Source: Chloroflexota bacterium
Lineage (GTDB): Bacteria; Chloroflexota; Dehalococcoidia; Lucifugimonadales; UBA3495
Assembly (NCBI GenBank): GCA_028874075.1
Contig: JAPPLU010000073.1
Span: 16,973 to 80,972 of the forward strand
Reading direction: 5' to 3'
DNA length: 64,000 nt
Below the pieces are notes generated by a model that ran no database searches, was not told the DNA's origin, and saw only the letters and a program-made list of their open reading frames with translations. The position numbers and the translations under genes are program-made. Below, piece after piece: positions 43,521-52,645 of the stretch. Numbering within the stretch: the stretch's first letter is position 1; each line of letters opens with the position of its first letter.

Positions 43521-44279
43521 CTAATCGTACCCCCTGTCCGTGAACCGGTATCCGTAGAAGTTGCCGCCGTCCCGGTCGTTCTCCACGAACACTAAGATGG
43601 GAGTGTCCTCGCCCCGGCTCCACCTTGCCGTGCCGGCGCACTCCACCTTGGTGGACGTGCTGATAAACACCCGCAGGTTGTATACCTTCAGGATAGCAAT
43701 GTCCTGCTGCCGGCTCAGTTCCATGCTCAATTCGGCAACGGACTCGCAGTTGGCGCTCCCCAGCACATGGGTCCGCAGTATCTGGTCCGCCCGCTGTCCC
43801 GAGTCCAGTTCGGCGTAGGAATCGACGGAAGGGCGAGTGGACGCGGCCGAAGCCGTTGGCGTGGGCACAGCCTGCTGAGTCGTCGCCAGCGGAGTCAACA
43901 CAACACCCGGCGTAGGCGTGGGGTAAGGCGTATACGTCGGCTGGGGTGTCGCCGTGGCCGCCTGCGTAGGCGTGGGATAGGGCGTGTACGTGGGGTAAGG
44001 CGTGGCCGTGGGATAGGGCGAAGCCGTCGGCACGGGCGTGGTGGTCGGGTAAGGCGTTGAAGTGGGGTAGGCCGTGGCCGTCGGGAAGGGAGTATGGGTC
44101 GGCCAGGCCGTGGCCGTGGGCGCCGCTGCCAGTTGATTGGCAACCTCCGCCTGTACCGTGGCCTGTACATCGGGCCCCGCCGTGTCGTCGAGCTCTGTTG
44201 CGCATGCCACCGTCAGCAGCAGCAACAAGGGCAGCATGAATCGCATTGCCTGGATGACTGACTTCCTGTTAAGTGCCAT
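43521..44279 (-). CDS. lipoprotein with a Pro/Thr-rich linker and an unknown C-terminal domain
   Basis: 252 aa. It has a signal peptide and lipobox (MRFMLPLLLLLTVAC), then about 75 aa of PT(A/Y)TP-type repeats, then a globular domain of about 110 aa. Confidence 0.65.
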   Translation of the reverse strand: MALNRKSVIQAMRFMLPLLLLLTVACATELDDTAGPDVQATVQAEVANQLAAAPTATAWPTHTPFPTATAYPTSTPYPTTTPVPTASPYPTATPYPTYTPYPTPTQAATATPQPTYTPYPTPTPGVVLTPLATTQQAVPTPTASAASTRPSVDSYAELDSGQRADQILRTHVLGSANCESVAELSMELSRQQDIAILKVYNLRVFISTSTKVECAGTARWSRGEDTPILVFVENDRDGGNFYGYRFTDRGYD

Positions 44280-44501
44280 AGTCTGAGTATTCCCCCAGCA
44301 TTATGTAATCAACTGTAGACTATAGCAGACCGGCCCTGATCTTACCCTGAACGCCCATACCTCTTTTACCCAGTTTGGCCCGTTGAAGGCCGGGGAACCC
44401 GTAGCGTCGGCACCGTCAACGCCCTGCCCCATCCTTGACCCACGCCCTGCCTGCAGGTAGGATTGTGCTACCAATAAGGCAAGCTGGGAGGCTACGTAAA
44501 C

Positions 44502-45284
44502 ATGCCCGCAAACTACACTAAGGAACTTGTCGAGGTCGGCGGCACAAAGGTGCAGCTACGCAAGGGTGGCTCCGGCGACCCCCTGCTGGTATTGCATGGC
44601 GCTGGCGGCAGCGGCGGCTGGCTCCGCTACCTCGACGCCCTGGCAGAACGCTTCACCGTGTACCTGCCTTCCCACCCCGGGTTCGACGAATCGGAGCGGC
44701 CCGAGTGGATGGAGACCATGCACGACATGGCCTGTTTCTACAACTGGTTCGTGGAGAGTCAGGGCATCCAGGGGTGCCGCGCCATGGGCTTCTCCATGGG
44801 CGGCTGGCTGGCATCCGAAATGGTGGCCGCCGCCGGTCCCGTTTTCAGTAAGCTCATGCTGGTGGCTCCCGTGGGCATCAAGCCCAACGAAGGCGAGATA
44901 GCCGACGTTTTCATCATCACCCCCGCCCAGGTAATTGACCTGTTGTTCCACGACCCTTCCCAGTCGCCCGAATACGACCAGGTATTCGGCCAGGCTCCCT
45001 CTCCGGAAATGATGGCCGTCCTGGAGCGCAACCGCGAGATGTCCGTCCGCATCTGCTGGAAGCCCTACATGCACGACCTGAGCCTGGCCAACCGGCTGGC
45101 CCGGGTCAACATCCCCACCCGCATCGTGTGGGGCCGGGACGACAGGCTGGCCCCGGTGGAGTGCGGCCACCTGTTCCAGCAGGCCATCCCAGGCTCCGAC
45201 CTGGTAATCATAGACAACTGCGGCCACTTGCCCCAAATGGAACAGACCGACGAGTTCCTTCAGGCCGCCAACTCATTCCTGTAA
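44502..45284 (+). CDS. alpha/beta-fold hydrolase (meta-cleavage-product hydrolase-like)
   Basis: 260 aa with HGAGGSG, the nucleophile elbow GFSMGG, and the C-terminal IIDNCGHLPQ (catalytic His). Confidence 0.8.
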   Translation: MPANYTKELVEVGGTKVQLRKGGSGDPLLVLHGAGGSGGWLRYLDALAERFTVYLPSHPGFDESERPEWMETMHDMACFYNWFVESQGIQGCRAMGFSMGGWLASEMVAAAGPVFSKLMLVAPVGIKPNEGEIADVFIITPAQVIDLLFHDPSQSPEYDQVFGQAPSPEMMAVLERNREMSVRICWKPYMHDLSLANRLARVNIPTRIVWGRDDRLAPVECGHLFQQAIPGSDLVIIDNCGHLPQMEQTDEFLQAANSFL

Positions 45285-45415
45285 GCCGCCAATTAAGTTC
45301 ACATGGATGGACAGGATTAACAGGATGGTGTTGACCGGAGCCACACGTTGCTTAGCCCTCAATCCATCGAATCCTGCATATACTATCCATCCATGTTTCA
45401 TATAGGAGGAAAGCC

Positions 45416-46492
45416 TTGCTGCCACGATTCCGCGTAGACCTGGAAGAAGCCATTTCCGTTTCCGGCGACGACCTTAAGGGTACCGTCGCCTCTATCTTTG
45501 AGAAAATGGGTGTGCCAACCGAGGACGCCGAGGTGGGCGCCGACGTGCTGGTGCTGGCCGACTTGCGGGGCGTGGACAGCCACGGCGTTTCCAACATGCT
45601 CCGCAGCTACCTGGGAGGCTACCAGCGGGGCGAAATCAACCCTCGCCCCAACATCAGCATTGTCCGCGAAACCGCCGCCACCGCCAGCGTTGATTCGGAC
45701 CGGGGTCTGGGTACTATCGTAACTCCCAAGGCCATGGATATCGCCATCCAAAAGGCGAAAGAGGTTGGCGTGGGCATGGTTACCATCGGCAACTCCCGCC
45801 ATTTGGGCATGGCCTCCTATCACGCCATGCTGGCCCTGGAACACGATATGATCGGCATCTGCATGACCAGCGCCCCGCCGCGCATGGTGCCCACCTTCGG
45901 CGCCGAGCCCCGCCTGGGCACCAACCCCATCGCAGTGGCCGTCCCCGCCCGCAACGAGCCTCCCTTCGTCTTCGACGCCGCCACCAGTTCCGTGGCCCAG
46001 AACAAGATTGAGATTGCTCGCCGCCTTGGCGCAGACCTGGAACCGGGTTGGCTGGCCACCGATGACGGCACTCCCATCATGGAAGAGGTGCCCGTGCCCG
46101 AGACCTACCACCTTCTGCCCGTGGGCGCTACCCGGGAACTGGGCTCTCACAAGGGCTACGGCCTGGCCTGCGTGGTGGACATCCTCGCCGGGGTGCTCAC
46201 CGGCTTCGGCTACGGCGCCGTCCCTGGCCGTCCCAACTTCGGCCACTACGTCGCCGCCTATAATGTCGCCGGCTTCGACGACCCCGACCACTTCAAAGAT
46301 GAAATGGACGGCTGGCTCCAGATGATGAAGAGCACCAAGCCTGCCCCGGGTCACGACCGCGTCCTGGTGGCCGGCCAGCCCGAAGCCGAAATGGAAGCCG
46401 TCCGCCGCAAGGACGGCATCCCCCTGCACCCCGACGTGGTGCAATTCATCAGGGACACCTGCGCGGAACTCTCGGTGCGGTGCGTGTTTTAG
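45416..46492 (+). CDS. Ldh2-family (malate/L-lactate/sulfolactate-type) dehydrogenase
   Basis: 358 aa with a TTG start and an AGGAGGA RBS. Motifs ADLRGVDSHGVSN and GSHKGYGLA are present. Confidence 0.8.
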   Translation: MLPRFRVDLEEAISVSGDDLKGTVASIFEKMGVPTEDAEVGADVLVLADLRGVDSHGVSNMLRSYLGGYQRGEINPRPNISIVRETAATASVDSDRGLGTIVTPKAMDIAIQKAKEVGVGMVTIGNSRHLGMASYHAMLALEHDMIGICMTSAPPRMVPTFGAEPRLGTNPIAVAVPARNEPPFVFDAATSSVAQNKIEIARRLGADLEPGWLATDDGTPIMEEVPVPETYHLLPVGATRELGSHKGYGLACVVDILAGVLTGFGYGAVPGRPNFGHYVAAYNVAGFDDPDHFKDEMDGWLQMMKSTKPAPGHDRVLVAGQPEAEMEAVRRKDGIPLHPDVVQFIRDTCAELSVRCVF

Positions 46493-46640
46493 GGGAGATC
46501 CATGCAAGCTCCTTCCTCCTTGACGGGGGAAGGTTAGGACGGGGATGAAGGTACCTGCCCAAGCTATCCCGACACTTCATCCCATCAAAAAGAGCAAGTG
46601 CACCTGCCTCAGTAAGACAAACGACGCTACAGGATTGACC

Positions 46641-47621
46641 ATGAAAGCAGTCTGGTTTGAACGGAACGGTCCCGCGGAAGTAATGCAGGTGGGCGAAATG
46701 CCCGAACCCGACCCGGGGCCCGGCGAGGTCCGAATTCGGGTGATAACATCGGGCGTGAACCCGTCGGATTGGAAGCGGCGCCTGGGAACCACCGCTCCCA
46801 TGGCCTTTCCCCGGGTCATTCCCCACCAGGACGGCGCCGGCGTCATTGACCATGTAGGTGAAGGTGTGCCAGCATCCCGGCTGGGCGAGCGGGTCTGGCT
46901 CTTCGAGTCCCAGTTCGGGCGGCCCTTCGGCTCGGCGGCGGAATACACGGTACAGCCTTCTGACCACGCTGTCCGAATGCCCGATTCCATCACCTATGAA
47001 CAGGGCGCCTGTTTGGGCGTACCGGCCATGACGGCGCATCGCTGCCTGTTCGCCGACGGTCCGGTGGAGGGCATGGTAGTCCTGGTGCCCGGGGGCGCCG
47101 GGGCCGTGGGCAACTACGCGGTCCAGGAGGCCAAGCTGGCCGGGGCGACGGTTATCAGCACAGTTAGTTCCGACCACAAGGCCGAAATCGCCGCTGCCGC
47201 CGGCGCAGACCACATCATCAACTACCGCACCGAGGACGTTACCGCCCGAATCATGGACCTTACCGGCGGCGAGGGCGTGGACCGCATCGTGGAGGTAGAC
47301 TTTGCCGCCAACTTCCCCGTCACCAGCCAGGTGCTGAAATCCAACGGCGTGGTGGCCATCTACTCGTGGGGCGTAATCCAGCAGCCGCCGGTGCCCCTGC
47401 AGTTCCGCCGCAGCAACACCGTGGTGCGCAACGTGCTGGTGTACGAAATGCCTGCATCGGCCAAGGAAGCCGCTATCGCGGATATCACCGCCTGGCTGGA
47501 AGCCGGCTCCCTCACCCACTTGATCGGCTCTCACTTCCCCCTGGAAGAAACGGTGGCTGCCCATCTGGCTGTAGAGGGCGGCGCCATAGGCAACGTTATC
47601 GTGGACGTGGGGGACGAGTAG
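46641..47621 (+). CDS. NADPH:quinone reductase-like zinc-type alcohol dehydrogenase superfamily protein
   Basis: Track ORF is 46545..47621. I moved the start to ATG 46641 (MKAVWFERNGPAEVMQVGEMPEP). GGAGAVGNYAVQEAKLAGATVI is the Rossmann motif. Confidence 0.8.
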   Translation: MKAVWFERNGPAEVMQVGEMPEPDPGPGEVRIRVITSGVNPSDWKRRLGTTAPMAFPRVIPHQDGAGVIDHVGEGVPASRLGERVWLFESQFGRPFGSAAEYTVQPSDHAVRMPDSITYEQGACLGVPAMTAHRCLFADGPVEGMVVLVPGGAGAVGNYAVQEAKLAGATVISTVSSDHKAEIAAAAGADHIINYRTEDVTARIMDLTGGEGVDRIVEVDFAANFPVTSQVLKSNGVVAIYSWGVIQQPPVPLQFRRSNTVVRNVLVYEMPASAKEAAIADITAWLEAGSLTHLIGSHFPLEETVAAHLAVEGGAIGNVIVDVGDE

Positions 47622-47744
47622 GGGAGTGCAGACTTTGCACATACCCTCGGGGGAGGCTGTCGCCGGCTTCCGCTCTACCCAACCCTTTGACCCCGGTCTA
47701 TAATCAATAGAGGTAAGCCTAAACCGCCAACCCCAGCCTGCCAT

Positions 47745-48125
47745 GTGGGGGCCGCCATGTCGCGTTTCCTGTTTCCCCTACTTATGATGCTGTTGCCCAG
47801 GTTCCTGCCCAACATCATCAAGTATGTAATGCTGGTCTGGCGGCTTACCGTGGACCGGCGGGTGAATATCATCCTGCGGTCCCTGGTGCCCCTGGCCCTG
47901 GTGTACTTCATTTGGCCCTTCGACCTGATCAGGGACAACATTCCCCTCATCGGCCGGGTAGATGACATTATCATCCTGGGGATGGCCATCCTGTTCCTGA
48001 TCAAGCTGGCGCCGCCCCACGTTGTGGACGAACATCTGGGCCGGGCCGCTCCCACCGACCGTCCCGAGGACAAGGACCCGTCTCAGGTTGTGGACGGCAA
48101 GGCTCGCTTCCTTGACGACGAGTAG
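47745..48125 (+). CDS. DUF1232 (YkvA-like) membrane protein
   Basis: 126 aa. YFIWPFDLIRDNIPLIGRVDDIIILGMAILF is the DUF1232 core. An alternative ATG lies at 47757. Confidence 0.7.
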   Translation: MGAAMSRFLFPLLMMLLPRFLPNIIKYVMLVWRLTVDRRVNIILRSLVPLALVYFIWPFDLIRDNIPLIGRVDDIIILGMAILFLIKLAPPHVVDEHLGRAAPTDRPEDKDPSQVVDGKARFLDDE

Positions 48126-48141
48126 ACGCGGCGGACCGTCT

Positions 48142-49407
48142 ATGCCGGCCGGTTTCGGCGACAGGACAGGCACCGGCTCAGAAGCCCGTCCGTCTAGCAG
48201 CGTGGCCGCCCTGCAGGACACGGGCATTTCCCTCTACGTCCACGTGCCCTTCTGCCAGACCAAGTGTCCCTACTGCGACTTCAACACCTACCAGGGCATC
48301 GAAGGGCTGATGACGCCCTACCTGGACGCCCTGCTGGCCGAAATTTATGCCTGGGGTCGAGCCCTGGGACACCCACCGATTAACACCATCTTCTTCGGCG
48401 GCGGGACTCCCTCCTACCTGCCCGATGGCGCGCTGGGCCGAATAATTGAAGCAGCCGGCCGTGCATTTTCCATCCGAGGAGACGCCGAAGTAACCGCCGA
48501 GGCTAACCCGGGAGACCTTGCTCCCGCCAGGGCTGACTCCTTGCTGTCCCAGGGACTGAACCGCCTCAGCATCGGTGTACAGTCCCTGGACAATGACCTG
48601 CTGAACTTGCTGGGCCGCCGCCACGACGCCGACCAGGCCATCGCCGCCTTCCGCACTGTGCACGACGCCGGGTTCGATAACGTCAACTTGGACCTTATCT
48701 ACGGCCTTCCCCGCCAGACCCTGTCCCAGTGGCAGGATACCCTGGACAGGCTGGCCGCCCTGGAACCGGCCCACATCTCTCTCTACTGCCTGACTGTGGA
48801 GGAGGGAACGCCCCTGCACCGCTGGGTAGAACGCGGAGAGGTCCCATACCCGGACCCCGACCTTGCGGCCGATATGTACCAGTACGCCCGCGGACTGCTG
48901 GGCAGCAAGGGCTACCACCACTACGAAATATCCAACTGGTCGCGACCGGGGCTGGCCTCGCGGCATAATCTGGCCTACTGGCGCAACCTGCCATACCTGG
49001 GCGTGGGCCCCGGAGCTCATTCCTGCCTGGGCGGATATCGCTTCTGGGTGTTGGACTCTCCCCGGGGTTACATTGAAGCGGTTCAGCGGTGGACCGACGA
49101 AGTGGCAGCATCCCCCAGCGAAATAACTGCCGACTGGCTGGACACTGTTGGTCCGGTAGGCGGCCATGAGCAGATTGACGACAATTTGGCGGCGGCGGAG
49201 ACCATGTTCCTGGGTCTGCGCCTGCTGGACGGGCTGGACGTGGCCGAGGCTTCAGTCCAGGCAGGCGTTGACCTGGCTGACCGATACCGACGTCAACTGG
49301 ATGACCTGGTGGAGCTAGGGCTGCTGGAACGGGAGGATACCGTTTATCGGTTGCATCCCTCCGCTTACCTGATAGCCAACCAGGTGTTTGAGCGTTTCCT
49401 GGACTGA
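48142..49407 (+). CDS. hemW: radical SAM heme chaperone HemW (HemN-like, oxygen-independent coproporphyrinogen oxidase family)
   Basis: Track ORF is 48022..49407. I moved the start to ATG 48142 to avoid overlap with DUF1232. LYVHVPFCQTKCPYCDFN is the CxxxCxxC radical-SAM motif, and a HemN_C-like tail is present. Confidence 0.8.
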   Translation: MPAGFGDRTGTGSEARPSSSVAALQDTGISLYVHVPFCQTKCPYCDFNTYQGIEGLMTPYLDALLAEIYAWGRALGHPPINTIFFGGGTPSYLPDGALGRIIEAAGRAFSIRGDAEVTAEANPGDLAPARADSLLSQGLNRLSIGVQSLDNDLLNLLGRRHDADQAIAAFRTVHDAGFDNVNLDLIYGLPRQTLSQWQDTLDRLAALEPAHISLYCLTVEEGTPLHRWVERGEVPYPDPDLAADMYQYARGLLGSKGYHHYEISNWSRPGLASRHNLAYWRNLPYLGVGPGAHSCLGGYRFWVLDSPRGYIEAVQRWTDEVAASPSEITADWLDTVGPVGGHEQIDDNLAAAETMFLGLRLLDGLDVAEASVQAGVDLADRYRRQLDDLVELGLLEREDTVYRLHPSAYLIANQVFERFLD

Positions 49408-49567
49408 CACCGGCAACTTACGCCGGTTAGCCTTCAATTTGCCCCTACCGGGCCCTTGTTCCTGAAATCCACCTTTCCTCAACTTGCCAATGCTTTACAT
49501 AAGCTATAGCCTATATGAGTGGTCCCTGCGAAGGGACCCCGAATAACTTCCTGGAGTGTAGCCTGCC

Positions 49568-50929
49568 TTGGAATACATAAGCGCCACTGCCCACCGACTA
49601 TCTCGACCCTCGCCACTGAAGGCAATACTCTTTCTTCCTCTTATCCTGATTGCCGCATTCGTCATGGCAGCCTGTCAGGCCCAACCCACCGCAACTCCTG
49701 CAAGTACGTCGACGCCCGTCCCGCCGCCAACTCCCAACATCCAGGCCACCATTGACGCGGCGGTTGCAGCGGCCATCAATGTCGAGGCTTCTGCTGCCGG
49801 GGATGCTTCCGCCGAGGAGACCACAGACGAGCCTACCGAGGAACCAACGGAAGAACCTACCGAGGAACCGATGGAGGAACCAAAGGAGGAACCAACGGTA
49901 GCTCCCGAACCCACCCATACACCACAACCAACAGCTACGCCTCAGCCCACGGCAACGCCCGTGCCTACGGCAACACCAGCTCCAACGGCCACGCCGCAAC
50001 CTACGGCCACGCCGGTACCGCAGCCCACGGCCACGCCCCTGCCCGCAGCAACGCCTACTCCGCGGCCTCCCACGCCCACACCCACGCCGGAAGTGGTGAC
50101 TATTACGAAGATTGACAGCAACGGCGCCCATACCTGCGTCCTGTTCTCCGATGGCTCGGTTGACTGCTGGGGTAGCGATGTTAACTCCCAGCTGAGCGTG
50201 CCGCTGGGCGTCACCTTCTCGGACATCAGCGCGGGAAGCTCCTTCACCTGCGGCATCCAAGCCGACACCGAACGTGCCGGGGCCGCTTTCTGCTGGGGCA
50301 AGGATCTGCTGGGTACCTTCCAGGTGGACCGGAGCTTGAGGCTGAAGGACATAGATGCCGGCGGCCAACACATCTGCGGAATCCAGCTGGACGATACCAT
50401 CGTGTGCTGGGGAAACAACGACCACCATCAGACAGAGGCGCCCCTGGTGCAGACCTTCATTGACGTGACGGCCGGAGGGGACTTTTCCTGTGGCTTGAGG
50501 GCCGACGGAACGGTCCTTTGCTGGGGAGCCAACAACTATCAGCAGACGGACGTTCCGGAAGGAGAACGGTTCCTCAGCATAGACTCGGGAGACCGTCATA
50601 CCTGTGGGCTGCAGGATCTGGGAAAGGTACTTTGCTGGGGCAGCGGCCTGGCCGGGCAGACGGAACCGCCCGACGTGGAGGGCTTCCTGGACATCGGCGC
50701 AGGGAAGGAATTCACCTGCGGCGTCCAGGGCGACGGCACGGTTGCCTGTTGGGGCAGGGGATCGCAGCGCGACTTGGAACCGCCCGACAGGAGGGGATTT
50801 GAGATCATCAGCGGCGGCGACCAGCATACCTGCGCCGTGCGGCATGACGGGGTGGTAGTCTGCTGGGGCGGCAACAGGTACCTGGGAGCCACCAATCCGC
50901 CGGACTACCTGGAAGCTCCCCGATATTAG
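49568..50929 (+). CDS. membrane/lipid-anchored RCC1-repeat (seven-bladed propeller) protein with EEPT and PTATP tandem repeats
   Basis: 453 aa. It has an N-terminal hydrophobic anchor (AILFLPLILIAAFVMAAC), an (EEPT)n stretch and a (PTATPxP)n linker. Seven repeats of the H(T/I)CG...G.V.CWG...(Q/L)...P type follow. Confidence 0.75.
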   Translation: MEYISATAHRLSRPSPLKAILFLPLILIAAFVMAACQAQPTATPASTSTPVPPPTPNIQATIDAAVAAAINVEASAAGDASAEETTDEPTEEPTEEPTEEPMEEPKEEPTVAPEPTHTPQPTATPQPTATPVPTATPAPTATPQPTATPVPQPTATPLPAATPTPRPPTPTPTPEVVTITKIDSNGAHTCVLFSDGSVDCWGSDVNSQLSVPLGVTFSDISAGSSFTCGIQADTERAGAAFCWGKDLLGTFQVDRSLRLKDIDAGGQHICGIQLDDTIVCWGNNDHHQTEAPLVQTFIDVTAGGDFSCGLRADGTVLCWGANNYQQTDVPEGERFLSIDSGDRHTCGLQDLGKVLCWGSGLAGQTEPPDVEGFLDIGAGKEFTCGVQGDGTVACWGRGSQRDLEPPDRRGFEIISGGDQHTCAVRHDGVVVCWGGNRYLGATNPPDYLEAPRY

Positions 50930-50970
50930 GGGCCTCATAAAGATTGCCGGGTTAACGGCAAGCGAAATAC

Positions 50971-51019
50971 AGGAAACCGGCGGGCAGCTCAATGGCGCCC
51001 GCCGGTTTCCTGTCTTCTT
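50971..51019. terminator. bidirectional terminator hairpin between the RCC1 and AlkD-like genes
   Basis: 15-bp stem AGGAAACCGGCGGGC (50971-50985) / GCCCGCCGGTTTCCT (50997-51011), followed by GTCTTCTT. Confidence 0.65.
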
Positions 51020-51031
51020 GGCTTTGGACTG

Positions 51032-51730
51032 CTAACCCCGGGACGCTTTTGCCGCGGCTCTTTGCCGTCGCCGCTCCAGGGTGCGGAGTATGTAGTCGGC
51101 GGCGTCGGGGGTCTTGCAGCCCGTCTCCCCGTGGTCCACTTCCACTTTTCCGATACGGGTGGCGGCGGCCAGCGCTCGCTCCTCAAGGGTCTCGTTGCGT
51201 ATCCCAATGGCGATGAGGGCATTGTTCATGGCATCCCTAACCCGGTTCTTCCTTGTGTGTATCTCGCCCTCGATTGTCTCCAGGTGGTCGGCAAAATAGG
51301 CGTCTGACAGATCCCGATTCTTCATGGCAAGGTGGGCTATCAGATGCCAGCCGGCCCGCCCCGGCCATTCCTCGTTCGAGCCAATCCATTCCTCGCCCTT
51401 AACTTGGGCCATGCCCGTCTTACCCGCGAAACCGGAGAAGGCGTCGGTAATGACGTAACTGTCCAGGTCAGCAAGCCACTCATCCAACAGCGATTCATCG
51501 GCCCCGGACGGGTCGGCTACCATGGTGGCCAGTACCCGGGCGTCGTGATTGCCCGTGGTCCACAACTCCAGGGCCAGTGAGTGGTCATTCCGCGCTGCCT
51601 TGGCCAGTTTGTTCAGGTTGGCGTAGCTGACTCCGAACATGTTCTCACGGACGCCGTGGCGGGCGTATACCTTCCGGTTCTGGGCGGTGCCCATTTCCTG
51701 CAGTTGTTGTATCGCTTCCTGGACATCCAT
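51032..51730 (-). CDS. DNA alkylation repair protein (AlkD/AlkC-like HEAT-repeat family)
   Basis: Track ORF extends to 51805. I moved the start to ATG 51730, which has a GGGAGG RBS. MDVQEAIQQLQEMGTAQNRKVYARHGV...FGVSYANLNKLAK...ALELWTTGNHDARVLA is typical of the family. Confidence 0.8.
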   Translation of the reverse strand: MDVQEAIQQLQEMGTAQNRKVYARHGVRENMFGVSYANLNKLAKAARNDHSLALELWTTGNHDARVLATMVADPSGADESLLDEWLADLDSYVITDAFSGFAGKTGMAQVKGEEWIGSNEEWPGRAGWHLIAHLAMKNRDLSDAYFADHLETIEGEIHTRKNRVRDAMNNALIAIGIRNETLEERALAAATRIGKVEVDHGETGCKTPDAADYILRTLERRRQRAAAKASRG

Positions 51731-51891
51731 TGGAAACCTCCCTGACCGAGTGACAAGCAACAAAAATGGGACCCCTGGCGGGGCCCCATCAAGCAATTCT
51801 TTCAAACTATTACTTAAAACTTCTCGCTACATCAATCTAAAAAAATAATAAAGCAAAAAACCGGAGAAATCAACGTCCGTAAACTCCCCTT

Positions 51892-52443
51892 TCAGGAGGA
51901 AAATGATTCTCGCTGGCCGATCTCGTTTATCAGCTTCTCGTACAGGGTAACCCCGTCCCTCACCAGCAACACCACCGCATCGTATGAGTGGGGCAGTTGA
52001 AGTTCAATCAGTTTCTCCATAATCTCGTCCACCATGGGCTGGTAAGAGCTGTCCAGGTATTCGCTCAGTGCGTCCAGGTTGTCCGCCATGTAGGATGCGG
52101 TGGTCAGGGAATTGGCGTGCAGGCGGCGCAATTGGTCCACCCTGTCCCTGGGAAGATTCAACCGTGCCCTGCCGAACAGGAACTCCTGCTCTCCGTAGCC
52201 GTCTTCCGCCACATAGGTCGCAAACTCTTCCACCACCCGGCGGGCGTGGATCAGTGTCCTCCTGGCCTGGAACCAGGTCTGCCGGAATTCCCCTGTTCGC
52301 TGGTTTTCGGTAAGAATTCTGTTCCTCCGCAGTTCCAGGTAAGCCCCGCCGCTTACCAACAGGCCCAACAGGGAAAAGCCTATGGCGAATGGGTCTGGGT
52401 CAACCAGTTCTGCGGTTAATGCCCTCTCTTCAGGCATGTACAC
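51892..52443 (-). CDS. hypothetical protein (one N-terminal TM helix, helical C-domain)
   Basis: 183-aa ORF with a TM helix (FAIGFSLLGLLVSGGAYL). No recognisable motif. An AT-rich spacer (51806-51891) lies downstream. Confidence 0.5.
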   Translation of the reverse strand: MYMPEERALTAELVDPDPFAIGFSLLGLLVSGGAYLELRRNRILTENQRTGEFRQTWFQARRTLIHARRVVEEFATYVAEDGYGEQEFLFGRARLNLPRDRVDQLRRLHANSLTTASYMADNLDALSEYLDSSYQPMVDEIMEKLIELQLPHSYDAVVLLVRDGVTLYEKLINEIGQRESFSS

Positions 52444-52645
52444 CCCCTTTTATGCCGAAAGTTGGCGGCAATATATCAGCCACACCCGACTATTTCTACT
52501 ATGCGATGCTAGGTATATAGGAAGGTAATGTATGACTATGGGCCGCCCTGCCAGATATAAACTTGCCGTTCTGTGCTATCCTTTCAGGCATACACGGGAA
52601 GTCGTGCAGCCTGTTGCTCACTTCGCGTCGTTGAGGTTAATGCGC

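Noticed and set aside
43767-44239. Arg/Gly-rich ORFs (43767..44060, 43895..44170, 44057..44239, 43321..44205) over the lipoprotein gene.
   Set aside because: These are alternative-frame or antisense readings of the Pro/Thr-repeat DNA. The lipoprotein frame is the only one with a signal peptide, a lipobox and a non-repetitive C-terminal domain.
45398-50992. Minus-strand ORFs 45398..46507, 46449..47744, 48178..49167 and 49598..50992.
   Set aside because: Each mirrors a plus-strand gene with strong motifs (Ldh2, quinone reductase, HemW, RCC1). The compositions are Arg/Gly/Pro-rich and low-complexity. This is the same artefact class.
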